DNA of 64,000 nt, taken from assembly GCF_003704095.1 (NCBI RefSeq), contig NW_020847681.1, positions 124,001 to 188,000 of the forward strand. The letters run 5' to 3'. Below the pieces are notes generated by a model. The model did no database searches. It was given only the letters and a program-made list of their open reading frames with translations, and had not been told where the DNA came from. A program made the translations under genes and the position numbers. Position 1 is the stretch's first letter. Each line of letters opens with the position of its first letter. Source of the stretch: Pocillopora damicornis. Lineage: Eukaryota. This document shows positions 12,601 to 25,532 of this stretch, piece by piece.

Positions 12601-15600
12601 TAGACTTAGTGTGATTTCTTAGTGAAAATCGGTTCATCTGTCTGTTGTGTGCGGATTGGCTACACGTATGTTTGATGATTCATCCTATTACATTAGGTAC
12701 CAGTGCAGCCGACTGAATGGCACAGAACATTACTGCTGCCTCAAGCGTGGTTTTCCTTCATGAATCGCGCTTACAAGGCTTGTGTGGAGGTACGTATGAT
12801 TTAATAAGCAGATTTTCTTTTCCCGTCCTCTTGACAGAATGGATCCCATCTTTACTGGGCTCAATTAAATATTTGCCATCTTTCCTGTTCTATTAATGTG
12901 CTCTATCCTTTGGACATTGTTGATCCCAGGAGGATGCTCAACAATCTTCACAAGTGATTGACGAAATACGTACGAAAGGCATTTTAAAAATCATCTCTCC
13001 TCAAAAGATCCATCTGGTTTCCTTCTACTCGTTATCCTATCTGTGTTACTCCTTAAACCATCCGGTGGTCTTTTTTACTCAGGCCGTTATTTGATTGGAA
13101 ATGCTATCACTATCCACATCATAGCGTAGACTCCGCAGAAGGATTTAGGAGAAGAAGGAATCGGCCAACTATTACCCTAAGCGTTTAATTTGTGTTTTTT
13201 AACTGTTTTTGTTCTGTGTCACGTACACATAATGAACTTCCTTCTATTCTCTTTATAAGTCTTCTTTTTTCCCGACTTCGAACGTTTTGGGATACTCGGA
13301 AAAGTCAGGGAGAGAAAGAAGAGTCTTTGTATACTAAAAGGTCAAACTGTAATCAACTGGAGAATAGTCTCTTCTCCATTGCACCCGACGAAAAATTCTT
13401 TATTTTGAAGCTTTTTTGCTCTTTAAATCTTGGCTGTTTAGCATTGTATTTTTATGATTACTCTTTGAGCTTGTATTGACGAGCTGTCGGTCGTATGATT
13501 CCGTGGAAACATCAGTAGAAAACATTATACATAGAAGGACTCTCTTAATCACGGATTTTCTATATTCGCATATTCTGTTTTCGTGATCGATCACTCAGCT
13601 CTTGAGGAGGAATTTTATTGAGAAGTTATTTATATCTGTTGGCCTCGTTGTAGGGTCGTAAAGCTGAGCTTGAGATGCAACATAGTCATGGTCACATTCA
13701 AGATACCGAAGAACTAAAAATAAGACAGTCCAATTGCTGGCTTTGGTTAGTGCGCAGTGGTTTATACGAATTTCCCTCTTTGCTGTTAAGTTCGTTGATA
13801 CCAGTTCTCAAAGTCATTAAGTGTAAAGTGTTTGCAATACAGTCACGTTTATCGAATACGTCAAAAAAAAGCTAACTCAAGCACTTTGCGACATACTGCA
13901 CGAATATATTACAGGAAAGTGAATTTACACATAAATCATGTGTTGGAGGACCTCTAAAGTCCTTTTAGTATGTGTTATTTTTGAAGGTCCTTTTGGTTCT
14001 TCATTACTTATTATTACTCATATACCTTAATTAATTTAACAGTTACTATCTTTGTACTTCTTTTGAACATCAGGGTAAGAGATCAGATCACTAAACAACT
14101 CAGAACAGTATCAAGGTAAATTAAGTGTCATTTGTAAATTGCTGAATTGAGAACAGCATTAATTACTTCTGTGGAAAAGATTCTCATTTAAAAGCCGTAA
14201 AGCTAAGTTTGTTTTGTGGTACAGCTAAACTGACTTAGGCATTCCAAGCTTACCGGATTCCTTTGCCGATCTATGACGCTCGTTTGGTGTTGTACTTGAA
14301 ACGATACAATGCAATACAGAATTTGTAGCGGGGCTTTTCCGTGTTGATTATCTTAAATGAAATATTTTAGATCATAAAACAAAGAACTAAAAGATTATGA
14401 TAAGATAAGATTGGAAAAAAATTGGAAAACAGTGAATATAAAATCACAATACTAAGTACTCCCGTTAGTCCAACAATAAATCAAATTTTACACCCTTTAT
14501 GAGTGTTTAAGGAAACCCTTTTGGCTTATATCAGATCATTCGTATTCTTCTAGATTTTTTTTAATTTTTGATACTTATTTTCGACCAATTTCTTTACCTA
14601 GAGGTAACCCGTCTGTGCAAGGTAATTCAGTGCTTGCTTTAGTAGGGCTTGCGCGGGCTGTATCGATGATTGTACGTCAGCAGACTTCTTCAGAGACCAC
14701 AGAACAGTATCAGTGGAACAACGAATGGCTGAGCGAGGTGGCTGACACAGTAATGGTGGTGTTGGATGGTAATTATAAGCCAAAGGGTCCTACTCTGGTT
14801 TGGTGTCAGCAGGTGATTGTAAACCTTGTCTTTCTTGGTATGAAAGGACTGTTAGCAGTTTACGATGACTATGTGGACTAGAAACAAAAATATAATTACT
14901 AAAAAAAAAAGCAAATGAAACCAAGAGTCAAAAGCAGACAATCCCGCCTTTGACATATTTCTTTGTAAAGGCCGCTTACAAGTTCCTCGGACAGTTTCAT
15001 TTCGATCCTAATTTCTAGTAAAGCAATCTAATCAAGTTCACAAAGATGTTCTGTATACATTGATTTAACTACTACCTTGCAGGTGTCTTCATCCAGCTCC
15101 ACTGCCAGTTCGTTGTTAGCTCGCTCATGTGCTGCGTTATCCTTGTCACTTTTGGTTCCTTGTCTTGTCGTTCTTGACACTGACAGAATTCACGACATCA
15201 CTGTACTGCTGAAGCAAAGGATTCCAGGACAATCCAAGTAATTTTGTGCAATTGTGGTATTTAACTATAAAATCAGCGATTTTACGGAAATTGTGATGCG
15301 TTTTCCGAGCCAATACCTTGTCTTTAAGAAGTATCTAAACATTCTTGTTATCTTTCATTTAGATCAGGTAGCTCAGCTTCGTTACAGATGTCTTGTTCTG
15401 TAGGACTTGGATTGTTGCTCAGCAAGCTCCATGAAGAGCATTTCAGGTGTGTAGTCCTGTTAATGTTTCTTCACTACATCATGGGTTTTTGCGCTCAAGT
15501 TTTATTGTAATGGGATACATGTCTCTATCAGTGACCTTTAATATGTTCTCTCTCTTTTTCAGTGACGCCTACGGTAAAGAGGTATGTACATGTTCCTTAC

Positions 15601-18600
15601 GCAGCCGGCACTCGGCATTGGGAGGTTTCCGAAATAATTCTCCACGTGCTACATTTGCCTTTCATTTGCCTTCGCTTGGTCGCCGATCTGTTTGTTTTTT
15701 TGTTAATGTAAGGGTTGACTTCGTTGCCTAAGTGAATAAGCTTTCCTTTCACCGATGGTAACGTTTCCTTGATAATTGCATGTTCAACTTGCTCTTTTGC
15801 CAGGGCTATCCACTGATGTCTACAGCTTTAGATGTCTTGGAGGAGACTGCTTTTTCATATGACTTGGATAACACGTAAGAAATGCATAAAGTGACTGCTT
15901 CTTCATGTCTCGAGTACGACGTGTACAGTACTCAGTCTCTCAGATGGTTAGTGACGGTATGCCATTGGGCCAATCATTTCAGCTTCAAATAACGAAGTTA
16001 AGGACAATTGAAATTAAACATTTCGCTAAATATTTCCTCAGCTGGCACTGTTTATTTGTTTGTTTTGAAATGGTATTGTGATTGTCTGAAGTGAGTTCCC
16101 TGTGTCAGCGGTTACGGTTTAGGCACCTGCTATACCTGTGTCGTAAATCTTTTGAAGTGTATTGTAATCATATTATTGAATGGATGAATCTATTTCTTTA
16201 CAGGGAAGGCGCGTGTCTCGGTTTTGGACTCGTTGTGTCCTCTTTGTGTAAAGAGGGTCTTGCTGACTCCAGGGATCACGTCACAAATCTTTATCACAAA
16301 CTTGTTGACAGGCTAAATGAGCAATGCAAAGACCCTGGTCAAAAACTTCAGGTAAGGTTAAGGAGATCTGAAAAAAGTTCTCTCTTGTAGAAGACAAAAA
16401 GAAAATAATGGGTATCGCCAATTATTCGAAAAAAACATTAGGTGCACCATTTCATACAAGGCTTACGTTATTTTGATAATGACTGTATTTAATACGATTG
16501 TCGCTTTTTTTTAGTGCCTGTCTTTTAGTGTGGCTTGTGTTTGTGTGTATGCGTTCCACACCGGCCTGCTGTCTGCCGATCAAGCTTTGCAGTGCATTGA
16601 TAACATTCAAACGTTGTCAAGCAAACACCCAGAGGTATGCAGAAATGAATATTTAAACTGGACGAAAGAAAGCCATATGATTTCACTCCAACCTTTTGGA
16701 ACTCAGAAATTAATTTGGATACGAAACAGCACCATTCTAGAAAACGAGGATGGACATTCACTTTGATATGTTTTTTATTGATCCTTTTTTATTAGGTTTG
16801 CGGTATTTCTTTATCTCTCGGGTTGCTTCTTCATGGACTTATATCTTGTGGTCATGGTGGAGCCATTGAGTTGGCCAGACAAGCTGGCAATGATTGGCGA
16901 AGTGTTCTTGAAAATAAGGTAATTTATTAGGAAGGTGATCGTCTCTTTGTCGACTAAAAGTAGAATGTGTTAGATTATCGATTCACGTTCGTTCAAAGAA
17001 CATCTGGCCACAGTGGAATTGTATCATGAGTCTTTATTGTCAAGTATCAACGAAACACGGATGTCAGTAGCCTAATTAAGAGCTGAAGGGTGATGATCAT
17101 GCATTTTTGTGCGGTAACACTGGAACAGTGAACTGTTGACTTTGTCTTTGCCAACAGGATGTTTTTGAGCGACGGCAACTGTCAGCTGTGAACGGAATCG
17201 TAGCTCTACTTGGTTCTGAGCAGGGGTTGTTTACCGTAAGTTGTAATGTTAAAGTGTAAAGGATATTGAGTGAGCCCTGACTGTACTTATTTATTTCTTC
17301 CAGAAATGATATCTCGACCATTTCAGATTATCATCGTTTATTTACCATTATTTGAACACTGTCCCGTGTAATAGTTGTGACCGCTTATTCTATAGATGGA
17401 TTCTTCTACTTCTGACGTCGTGTTTTCTAAAGATGGAGGAAGCGTCATTAAATATCTCCAAAAGGTAAGGATGGTAGATTGTTTTGTTTCAAATGTCTTN
17501 NNNNNNNNNNNNNNNNNNNNNNNNNNNNNNNNNNNNNNNNNNNNNNNNNNNNNNNNNNNNNNNNNNNNNNNNNNNNNNNNNNNNNNNNNNNNNNNNNNNN
17601 NNNNNNNNNNNNNNNNNNNNNNNNNNNNNNNNNNNNNNNNNNNNNNNNNNNNNNNNNNNNNNNNNNNNNNNNNNNNNTTAGCACTAGTCGTCTTCAGGAC
17701 CACTCTCACCCGGACGACTTTCCTTTGATAATAATGTTTAGGGCGATGCCGAAAAGTTGAAATGTACTTGCTTTTGTAATTATTAGCGGATTTTTTCCTA
17801 AAGTTCATTTTTATTATTAGTGTTATGATAATAAAAAAATGATAATAATTATTGCACTTATGAAGATGATGATGAGGATAAGGGCAATGAATTTTTTCAT
17901 CATCACTGTTATTATTTTTGACTGTTATTTGGAAGCTTGTCTCATCGCCGGAAGATTTGGGTCTCAGTTTTAATACAGCCTGGCTTCTTGGTCATCTGTA
18001 CAACGCAGTTACTTCCAGTTCAATCAGTAATACAAGTGGTAAGTAATAAACAACGTGCATGCTCTCTAATGATATAAAACATGTCACCAAGGTCGGAGAG
18101 AGGAGAGAAAAACCTGAATTCCATGGTGATGTTGCCAGCGGATACTCTATCAATTGTGTTTGGCTGCCTTTTCAAACGAATTCTTGTTGTGGAGCGTGTT
18201 AGGAAATGGGAAAAATTACCTTTTTATCAGTTCATCCATGCAGTGTAAATTTGGAGGCTTAGAGATTGGTGCCAAATGTAGGTTAAAACATGGAGAGGTT
18301 TTTTACCAGTTTTTTCGTCAGATTTTTTGCGGGCGATTAAACATTGTTACCTCTTACCTAGCGTTACTGATCTGTTATTTAATTAACGTTGTTTCTTTTG
18401 TCATTATCAGTGGTATCTTACACCTTTTTAGTGGAAAAGGGTTTCAGGGAAAGTGAATCTTTTTGCTTCTCCTTGAAAGTAATGTTGCACGATCGTGATG
18501 TCTTTTTGTCATGGTTGTGTCATTTGTTGTATGATATTTTTTCCTTTATCGTTAAATGTTATTTTGTTCATTTGCTTCCCCTGCAACTGTTATTTTTACA

Positions 18601-21600
18601 TTCTATCAGTCGCTGATACTTCCAGTCAGTGTTTGTAAACGACCGTTGGTCATCTTTTATCCTAGGAAATACATTTACAACTACTTTTCATCTGCCTATT
18701 GAATAAAAATTGTGTGCGAAGTTCTACTTCAACATTTTGTCTTAATTGCTATTCTAACGTTTTAACGCACTAGGAAGTCTTTGCCTGATCTTTCCTATGC
18801 TGCATTCAGCACTCATTATTGCTTTTTCTCTGTCAGCTCCGTTAAATTACAGTTACCTGTCAGAGGGGAGTATTTTGCGACTGCTCTTTGATTTTCTTGG
18901 CCAGGCTGGGAAGATAGGTAATTTCAATTTTACTTCTTTGATGAATTTTGTTATAATATTAGATACAGTATGGTAATTAAGTTCTAACGGTCCGTAAGAA
19001 TTAATCGAAAGCTACGTTTTGTGTTCCCGTTGCATGCGATCTCTATGTGTCATAACGAGTACTACGATCCAAAAGGAATGGTTATTTTAGAAGATTTTAG
19101 AGTGATTCCTTTCGGTAAATTATCACCATGGTTTCATTGCTGTAGGTCCTCATTTGAACTTCGGTGAAGGAAGAGTACCCGCAGTGTTAGAATCACTGGT
19201 CAGCGTCTCCCATGTGGCACTGCCACCAGTGAATTGGTTGTCAGTACTAGGACCAATCATGACAGCCAATTTTGGTAAGATAAATCTATTGCCTCAATTT
19301 CTATTTCTCTTTCTTCGCATCACATGTGTCATTTTTTTTCTGTTCTTCCAAATACTTTCTACTACAGTTTGCTTTCTTCCTTTATTTTTTCCTGTCGATG
19401 AGAGATAGCTAACAATTGTCTCCTCATTCTGCCTAGGGGAGGATACAAGAAAATTGTGTATCAGGCTTGCAGTCAATCAAGCCCAGTCCTCCTCTACTCT
19501 GTCCTCGTTCTTGTCGTCTCTGCTGAGTAGTGTGTCGTTTATGGGCCTGGGGGTGAGTGTTATTGTCAGGATATGAGACTTTTGAGGTCCTCATGGGAAA
19601 CATTTTGAGTTTGAAAGTATAACTATCCAACCTTATTACATAAACAGCAATGAAAAACTACGTGAACTGTTGTGTAATAACAAGATACCTTCAGTTCTTT
19701 TTAGACATTAGTACCACAAAAACTAGCGTCGGCGATCCTATTCTCAAATTGACTTTGAGTGAGTAAACATCAGTTTATGACCAAAAATTGCTCAAATTAA
19801 CGTTAGAGGTCACGTATTTCAGAGGGAAGTGATCACGAATCTTACACGTAGTGTTTAGATAGGTCTTTCCTGTGATGATATGTTTGTCGACTTACGATGT
19901 TGCCCATTGGAAATATTTGCAATTAAATCAAAACTTATTTTTTCTTTTTGGAATAGTTGCGTGACATAGTTAAAAATTAACTGCTCTAAGTTGGCAGAAG
20001 TTATCTCAAATTACCCCAACTTTAGGGAATTGTTTCCTTAAGGTTCAAACAAGTATTGGACGTAATGAGATTAAATTCCATCGGATTCTGTTAGTGTGAG
20101 AGAGATTCGTTGGAAGCCCATCTTTCGAGCTAGTTTTAGCCTTTGAACCTGGGGATTTGATGTGCTCGTCTAAAGCAGTGGCGTCGCCTTTTCGAAATTT
20201 GGATCCATTTTTCGACTGCGGAGGTGATTTCCACTAAAGAGGTTCCAAGTATCCGCTCGCTGAAATCCCCCGTTCTTGTAGATATTTTTTAAGCTATGCC
20301 ACACTCATTGCGTTAAGTCAGCTTTAATTTGTAATCTGCCGTTCTTAAGTTTAACTCCTCTTGAAAGTTGTTCTGAGTTTCGCAGAATTTCCCACTTGAG
20401 TTACTTAAGGTTAAAAAAAATTGGTATATTTATCAGCTGAGGAAATCCACACCCAGGTACGCAATTTCGTGTGGGAATTAAGGCTTCCTCACGTTCTACA
20501 GCGATTCGTGGGCACTAATTTTCAGACAGAAGGGATTTTATTTAACAGTCTAAGCACACAACACCCCGAAAATACCTGATCAGATACATCAGTGTACGCA
20601 GAACTAGTTCGATTATTCCATGCCGCAATTCTTCCTGTAACATTCTTCGCATCTTTTTCAACGGCAGCGAAATGACAACTTGCTTGATAAACGATCAGAA
20701 AATGATAAAAGAAAGACGCCAATTTTGAGCGAAGAACACTTCTTTAAAGTGGGAAGTTATTTAAGAAAAATTTCCAAAGCCGAATTTTGGACACATGTGC
20801 TGCGAACTCGACTCAATGTCCGAACTTTCGGGGTTTGTTTACATCAAAAGTCACGTGACACTCCACGTGAAATCTAAAGCCCAAAAGGTGAATTGCTTAG
20901 AGATACCAAATTTCTCTTCCAGTGTTGAAAAACATCAGAATATTTCACTCGTTCGCTACGCCGAGAAAAATTTCGTGTCTCCGCACAGCCACGTGATATC
21001 TTCTACATCGGAAGTTACTGTTACACAGTTTTCGTTTGAATATTTACTTTTTTACTTTCTTACAATTCTATGTTATGAAACTATTGCTTTGCGGTGGAAC
21101 GGGTCATAAAAGCAATTGACATAATATCTTTAATGGTGTTCACTTACTTTTTTAAATGAAGAACACAGAGTTCATGTTTTCATTGAAGATAGTTATTTAA
21201 ACTCTTCGAAAGGACCCGTCCTGTGAATTCCCAAAGATTTGTATAATGTTTTAAGTTAAAAGAGCTTCTACCTACCTCTATCTAAAATTAATTTGACAGG
21301 ATCTGTCCAAAAGAGAGCTGCTGAAGAATTTGTCAAGACTGGTTTATGTCATTTCTTCCTCCAAGATGAAAGAGTTCTATGAGGAAGGGTTAACAGAGCT
21401 ATGGAGAAAAAGCACGGTCAGTTCAACTTATAAGTGTAAAATATCACACGATTCATTGTATATGTGGATTTCTAGCAGACCGCGATATCGTTTTCATTAG
21501 GTTGGAATTTCGCTAATTCATTTGGACGAACTCAAAGCCTCTTGTTCCACAAGGTGCGACGTGTCATAAGAGACGAGAAGTAAAGTGCTTATATGTGCAG

Positions 21601-24600
21601 GTATTAGAAGGGGAATTTTACCTCCTCTGGAAGGCGCCGTGTGTTTTCGTCTTATAAACATCCCTTGTGTGAAAAATAATCATGATGAAAGCTGCGCTTT
21701 TTTAACGAAGGGGATTCTAGACCATGATAAGTAGCGTGAAATGAAAATCTTGGCACAGTTTTCATTATCTAGGGGAAATCGAGTGTGCAAGGGGTTCCGA
21801 GTTATCAGGAGCGGATTTTGATAAACTATGCTGCCGTCTACACTAAGTTTCAATCGGTTCTTTTCTATCAATTGTCAGGAGAAACACGCTAATGCACTCA
21901 ATACGCTTTGGTAGTTTTGCTATATCAGTCACGAAAGAGATTAGACACCTCACCAAACTTCTAGAGTCCATAATGTATAAATCTAATTCAATATTTCAAA
22001 ACTTGTTCGCTGAACCCAGGTTTTACTCTCTTATTATGTTTGACCAGGACTGTACCCTGAGATCGACCATTTTGGAAGCTTACCTTTCAGTCCTTTGTTT
22101 AAAAGAACCACCTGCGTCTGTCGTTGGATGGACCATAACGGCCCTTGAGCGCATGTTTAATGCCCTTGGTGCAGAGAAGAGTGAGGTAAAGTTGATTATC
22201 CCTGTTAATATGCACTAGTAAAATTTCAGTGATAGAATTAATATGATTTTCTTTATCTTTTCGCTAGAGTGAGTGTTTGAGGTTGTTTTCTCGCTGTTTT
22301 GCACTGATCCCTATTGAAAACGTGGAACGCATTTTGCCGAACACACAAGTAGGTTTTTTTTGTGAGTTATGTTTTCCACAGTCAATTTTAAGTGTTACCG
22401 AGATAATTGCTAAAGTAGCACGTGGAGCCAGCTTATTTCAGCCTCTAGACGTCGGTTGAAAGGACACTGCACCTCAGTTTAAAGCTGCAATCACTCCTTC
22501 ACCATTGCCTCGTCAGGCTTTTGCCTTGCCACGATAGAAAACATCACCACGGGCACAGGCGACAATATTTATGTTACAAATCGTGTTTATTTGATATTGC
22601 AATAGGAAATTATCTGATTGAAGGTAACATATAAGAGTACATGGAAAATTTTGCAGCTATGTTTGGTGTGGCTAAAACTTTCCCTTTGACCTCTAACGCT
22701 TATTCTCTTATAGGTTACAAACACCAAAGATTTCATTCTGCGTTGTTACGCGGTTCAAGATGGTATAGCTCCGGTGAAGTGGCTTGCTCCATGTATTGAC
22801 TTTATTTTAAATACTGATCTCATTGGTAAGAAAACCTGTTTTGTCTTTTTTGTTTGTTTGTTTTGAAAAAAAAGTACCTTCAGCAATTAAGCTGTGTCGA
22901 ACAAAGTTTTAGTATAGAGGTTACAATTACGAAAGGTCTTATGGGAATGGAGGGATGCTTGATTAACGTTTCACGTACCCGCACTATCCCCTTTTCAAGG
23001 AGGATTTCATGGAAACGTTTAAGTATTTAACGTTTGTTGGACAACCTTCCTGGGTATGTGTCAAACTCTCCTTATTGCAGCATAGAAACAGTTTCTTTTA
23101 TAAATGTTTAGGGTGACTCGATAGTTGAGACTTTGAATTACTCAAGTGGCATTCAAGGTTGCAATTACGAATCAAGGTAATGTAATTTTTTTCTCTTCAT
23201 TCTGTCGCAGAAATCAATCTTTAAGTAAACTTTTGTTGCAGGAAAAAGGAACAAGGAATTGTTTTGCAGTGTTGTCCCTCTTATAATTGATTCTTGCACC
23301 AAAATGAAGTATGACGAGAGACAGCATTGGTTTGTGGAACTGATTGGTCAGTTTCAAAATGCAGTTCAGCTTTCTTCGGAAACTTCGTCACATCAGGTAT
23401 CTGTATCAAAAGCATAGATATGCTTCTTCCTGTGTGTATTCATTGATTTCATTCAATTCTCGTAACTGAAAACAATTGTCGTGTTTTATAGACCTTGATG
23501 AATTCTTTTACGTTATTGTCACTTGTGTCTGCTGCATGGTGTGACTTGCCTATACTTCAAGGCCTCGAATTACCCGTTTCGACTTGCCCACCCGTTGATG
23601 TGGAATGTTATTACTCAATTGAAAGGTTTCCATGGCTACTTCCTCTAACATTGTCGAATTTGTTGGGGAAGGAGCCCTGGAAGCAAATCGCGGAAAAGGT
23701 ACGAGTAAACAGTTCTTCTGACGATTTATGCTCTCCCATTCTTTGATGACAGTGTTTACTGCGGCATTGTGAGCTTAATGCTGCGATTGTAACCACTTAA
23801 CAAAATTGTCCATGATAAAACTTTACAGCTCGTAAATAATCAAATTACCAAGCATTCGTTCAAGGAATCGTAGAATTTAATTATCTTCTGGGTAGAGAGA
23901 TGTTAAAAGTTTTTTAAGGAGGAGGATTTATATCCAAACGAGGAAAGCTATGTACGGTTTTAGAGTAGAGCCGCTAGACTCGGAAAACCATTCAGGAGGT
24001 ATGTGTATCTGTGTCGTGTCCCAACGGCGAAGAAGGAAGTCCGAGCCATTTGAGTTTGGAAGTCGTTGCACCTGAACAATAAATATCTACTACCATCTAA
24101 CCATTTTTAAATATTCGGATGTTCAGTGAGGTACAAAGTAGCGAATTTTACCTTGTGTATTTTACAAGCCTACAATATTGAACATTAGGGTCTCACCTGA
24201 AACCAGCCCTGTTACCTTTGCGAATGTATGCGATTGTGTACGGGGAGAGGAGGGGGGGGAAGGAGAAGATAAACGTGTGATCATATGGAGTTTAGCAATC
24301 GCCTTCCTTGACTGTATCAAGCCAAGCAGCTTCTGAGAAAAATTCTGACATCTTCACTACGGCAGTCTCTAATTTCTCCAACCATGTGACCAAAAGAAAC
24401 GAGGGATCTGGGGACGAGTTTGTCATTTATGTGTTCTTACGGACTTCGATAACTGTAGTCGCATTAAAGCCATACGCAACCGCTGTTTCTTGTTAATTTT
24501 TTCTTGTGTATATATTATTTTTTTCCCTCAGGTAATAGACTGGCTGTTATCCTTAAGAGGGGATCCTAGGCTGAAAACCGCTAATGTACACTACATGCTT

Positions 24601-25318
24601 ATACAAGGTAAATACCCCTTACAACCACATGCCGGAATGCAACAGAAACATAAAACAATAAAATTGATAAACATTTGGCTAGATGCGATCGACCATCTGA
24701 CTGATTGATTGATTGTATGGCCAACAAAACGACCGAACGAACGGCCGAACCAACGAACGAACTACCGACCCAACGAACTACCGACCTAACGAACTACCGA
24801 CCCAACGAACTACCGACCCAACAAACGAACTACCGACCCAGCAAACAAACTGTCTACCCAACAAACGAACTACCGACCCAGCAAACAAACTATCTACCCA
24901 ACAAACGAACTACCGACCTAACGAACGAATTACCTACCCAACAAACGAACTACCGACCCAACAAACGAACTACCGACCCAACGCACGAATTAACGACCCA
25001 TCGCTCTGACGAAGGACTAACGCTCGAAACGTCAGCTTTTTTACCCTTTACGGTGGCCAATTTACGTTTTCTACTCATATGTTAACACTAAATTATCAAC
25101 GAACGAACTACCGACCCAACAAACGAACGAACTAACGACGAACCGATTAACCGACTGGACAGTTTGTGCGATCAATCTAGTTGGTCAGTTTTCATTTGTC
25201 ATTTTAATACATGATGAAGCTCTTTTTTTCAGATACACTTATTTCGTTGCGGGAGACAGACGCATATAGAAAACCAGCCGTGTGGACTAAATTAGTTGCT
25301 AAACTCCACCGTAAATAA
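676..25318 (+). CDS. FOCAD: Focadhesin (FOCAD/KIAA1797) ortholog, multi-exon, 5' part lies upstream of the window
   Basis: 42 GT-AG exons with consistent phases: 676-830, 1175-1266, 3866-3953, 4463-4587, 5010-5097, 5259-5494, 5896-5990, 6101-6278, 6804-6908, 7114-7340, 8169-8313, 8531-8665, 8802-8852, 10083-10166, 10355-10523, 10896-11063, 11624-11742, 12697-12789, 13654-13745, 14074-14115, 14602-14812, 15083-15237, 15363-15446, 15563-15581, 15804-15874, 16204-16351, 16515-16634, 16796-16918, 17158-17235, 17396-17464, 17936-18038, 18837-18917, 19146-19274, 19437-19552, 21300-21416, 22048-22185, 22268-22348, 22714-22825, 23242-23396, 23492-23698, 24532-24607, 25233-25318 (TAA). Motifs match vertebrate FOCAD as remembered: RPSQHGEDLL, EVVDLCTAWKVLSVKL, EWHRTLLLPQAWFSFMNRAY, GRKAELEMQ, QGNSVLAL, WLLGHLY, LPPVNW, C-terminal KPAVWT. 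Confidence 0.92.
1710..2545. repeat. Degenerate ~20-bp minisatellite (consensus near CAGTTGGACCATTTTATCTA) in a FOCAD intron
   Basis: Dozens of variants of agttggaccatttta / gttagaccatttt / ttggatcatttt recur at ~20-bp spacing, with a break around 2020-2100. Confidence 0.85.
2553..3080. mobile_element. Probable non-autonomous DNA transposon remnant (pogo/Tc1-mariner-like terminus)
   Basis: Starts with CAGTCAAACCTTGATAATC, which resembles pogo/Tigger-type TIR ends. The partner TIR was not found, so the right boundary is uncertain. Confidence 0.3.
4008..4325 (-). mobile_element. tRNA-derived SINE-like repeat with a duplicated ~55-bp terminal segment
   Basis: The minus strand of 4063-4131 reads tggcttggtggtagagc...ggtttgattcc, i.e. 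degenerate Pol III A and B boxes at tRNA spacing. The segment atagagaatgatgttttt...cgagtgtgggacaaagaaaatatt occurs directly repeated at ~4008 and ~4271. A related opposite-orientation fragment lies near 61820-61885. Confidence 0.7.
8965..9670 (-). mobile_element. Degenerate Crypton-type / DUF3504 tyrosine-recombinase element relic
   Basis: The minus-strand translation at 9194-9400, LSKILEEFYATVRTKDVEDYKCDSFHEMVITIDRYL, matches the L..FY..VR..DG..Y...S......I.RYL pattern of the domain preceding DUF3504 in Crypton/ZMYM/KCTD1/QRICH1 proteins. It is truncated and intronic; boundaries are approximate. Confidence 0.65.
9742..9785 (-). ncRNA. Minimal type I hammerhead ribozyme motif (Penelope-like element type)
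   Basis: Reverse complement: atcgc-CUGAAGA-a-GACU-agcaguaugc-AGUC-GAAA-CG-UC-gcaat. It has the catalytic core, stem II GACU/AGUC, a short stem I and the GUC cleavage triplet. Confidence 0.65.
17500..17677. other. Assembly gap (N run) in a FOCAD intron
   Basis: Run of N; the flanking exons join in phase 0. Confidence 0.99.
24725..25145. repeat. ~20-bp minisatellite (ACAAACGAACTACCGACCCA) interrupted by a Penelope-like fragment
   Basis: Repeated acaaacgaactaccgaccca units at 24725-25000 resume at ~25098 after an unrelated ~97-bp insert. This repeat explains the spurious ORFs 24705..25085 and 24713..25009. Confidence 0.92.
25003..25036 (+). ncRNA. Minimal type I hammerhead ribozyme motif within a Penelope-like terminal-repeat fragment (25001-25097)
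   Basis: gct-CUGACGA-a-GGAC-uaac-GCUC-GAAA-CG-UC-agc: core intact, stem I GCU/AGC, stem II with one mismatch. The downstream ttacggtggccaattta sequence is shared with 43868-43885. Confidence 0.6.
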
Positions 25319-25532
25319 ATAAAGGTAAAGAAGGAAAATTTATTCTGCATCCTAAATTGAGGTGGTGGCTGGTTTTATTTAGAGTTATTGGTCAAAATAG
25401 CATTGAAGTAAAACTGACGTGATGAATTAACACTGGAGTATAACATTATGGCATTAGACGATGACACATCTTTGACCTCTTGTAGCCAGTTTTTCGCTTT
25501 CGTATATGATCAAAAGGATTCAGTCCACAGGT

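Noticed and set aside
24705-25085. ORFs with TNELPTQ / TNYRPN repeats
   Set aside because: They are translations of the intronic 20-bp minisatellite, with no signal peptide or splice support.
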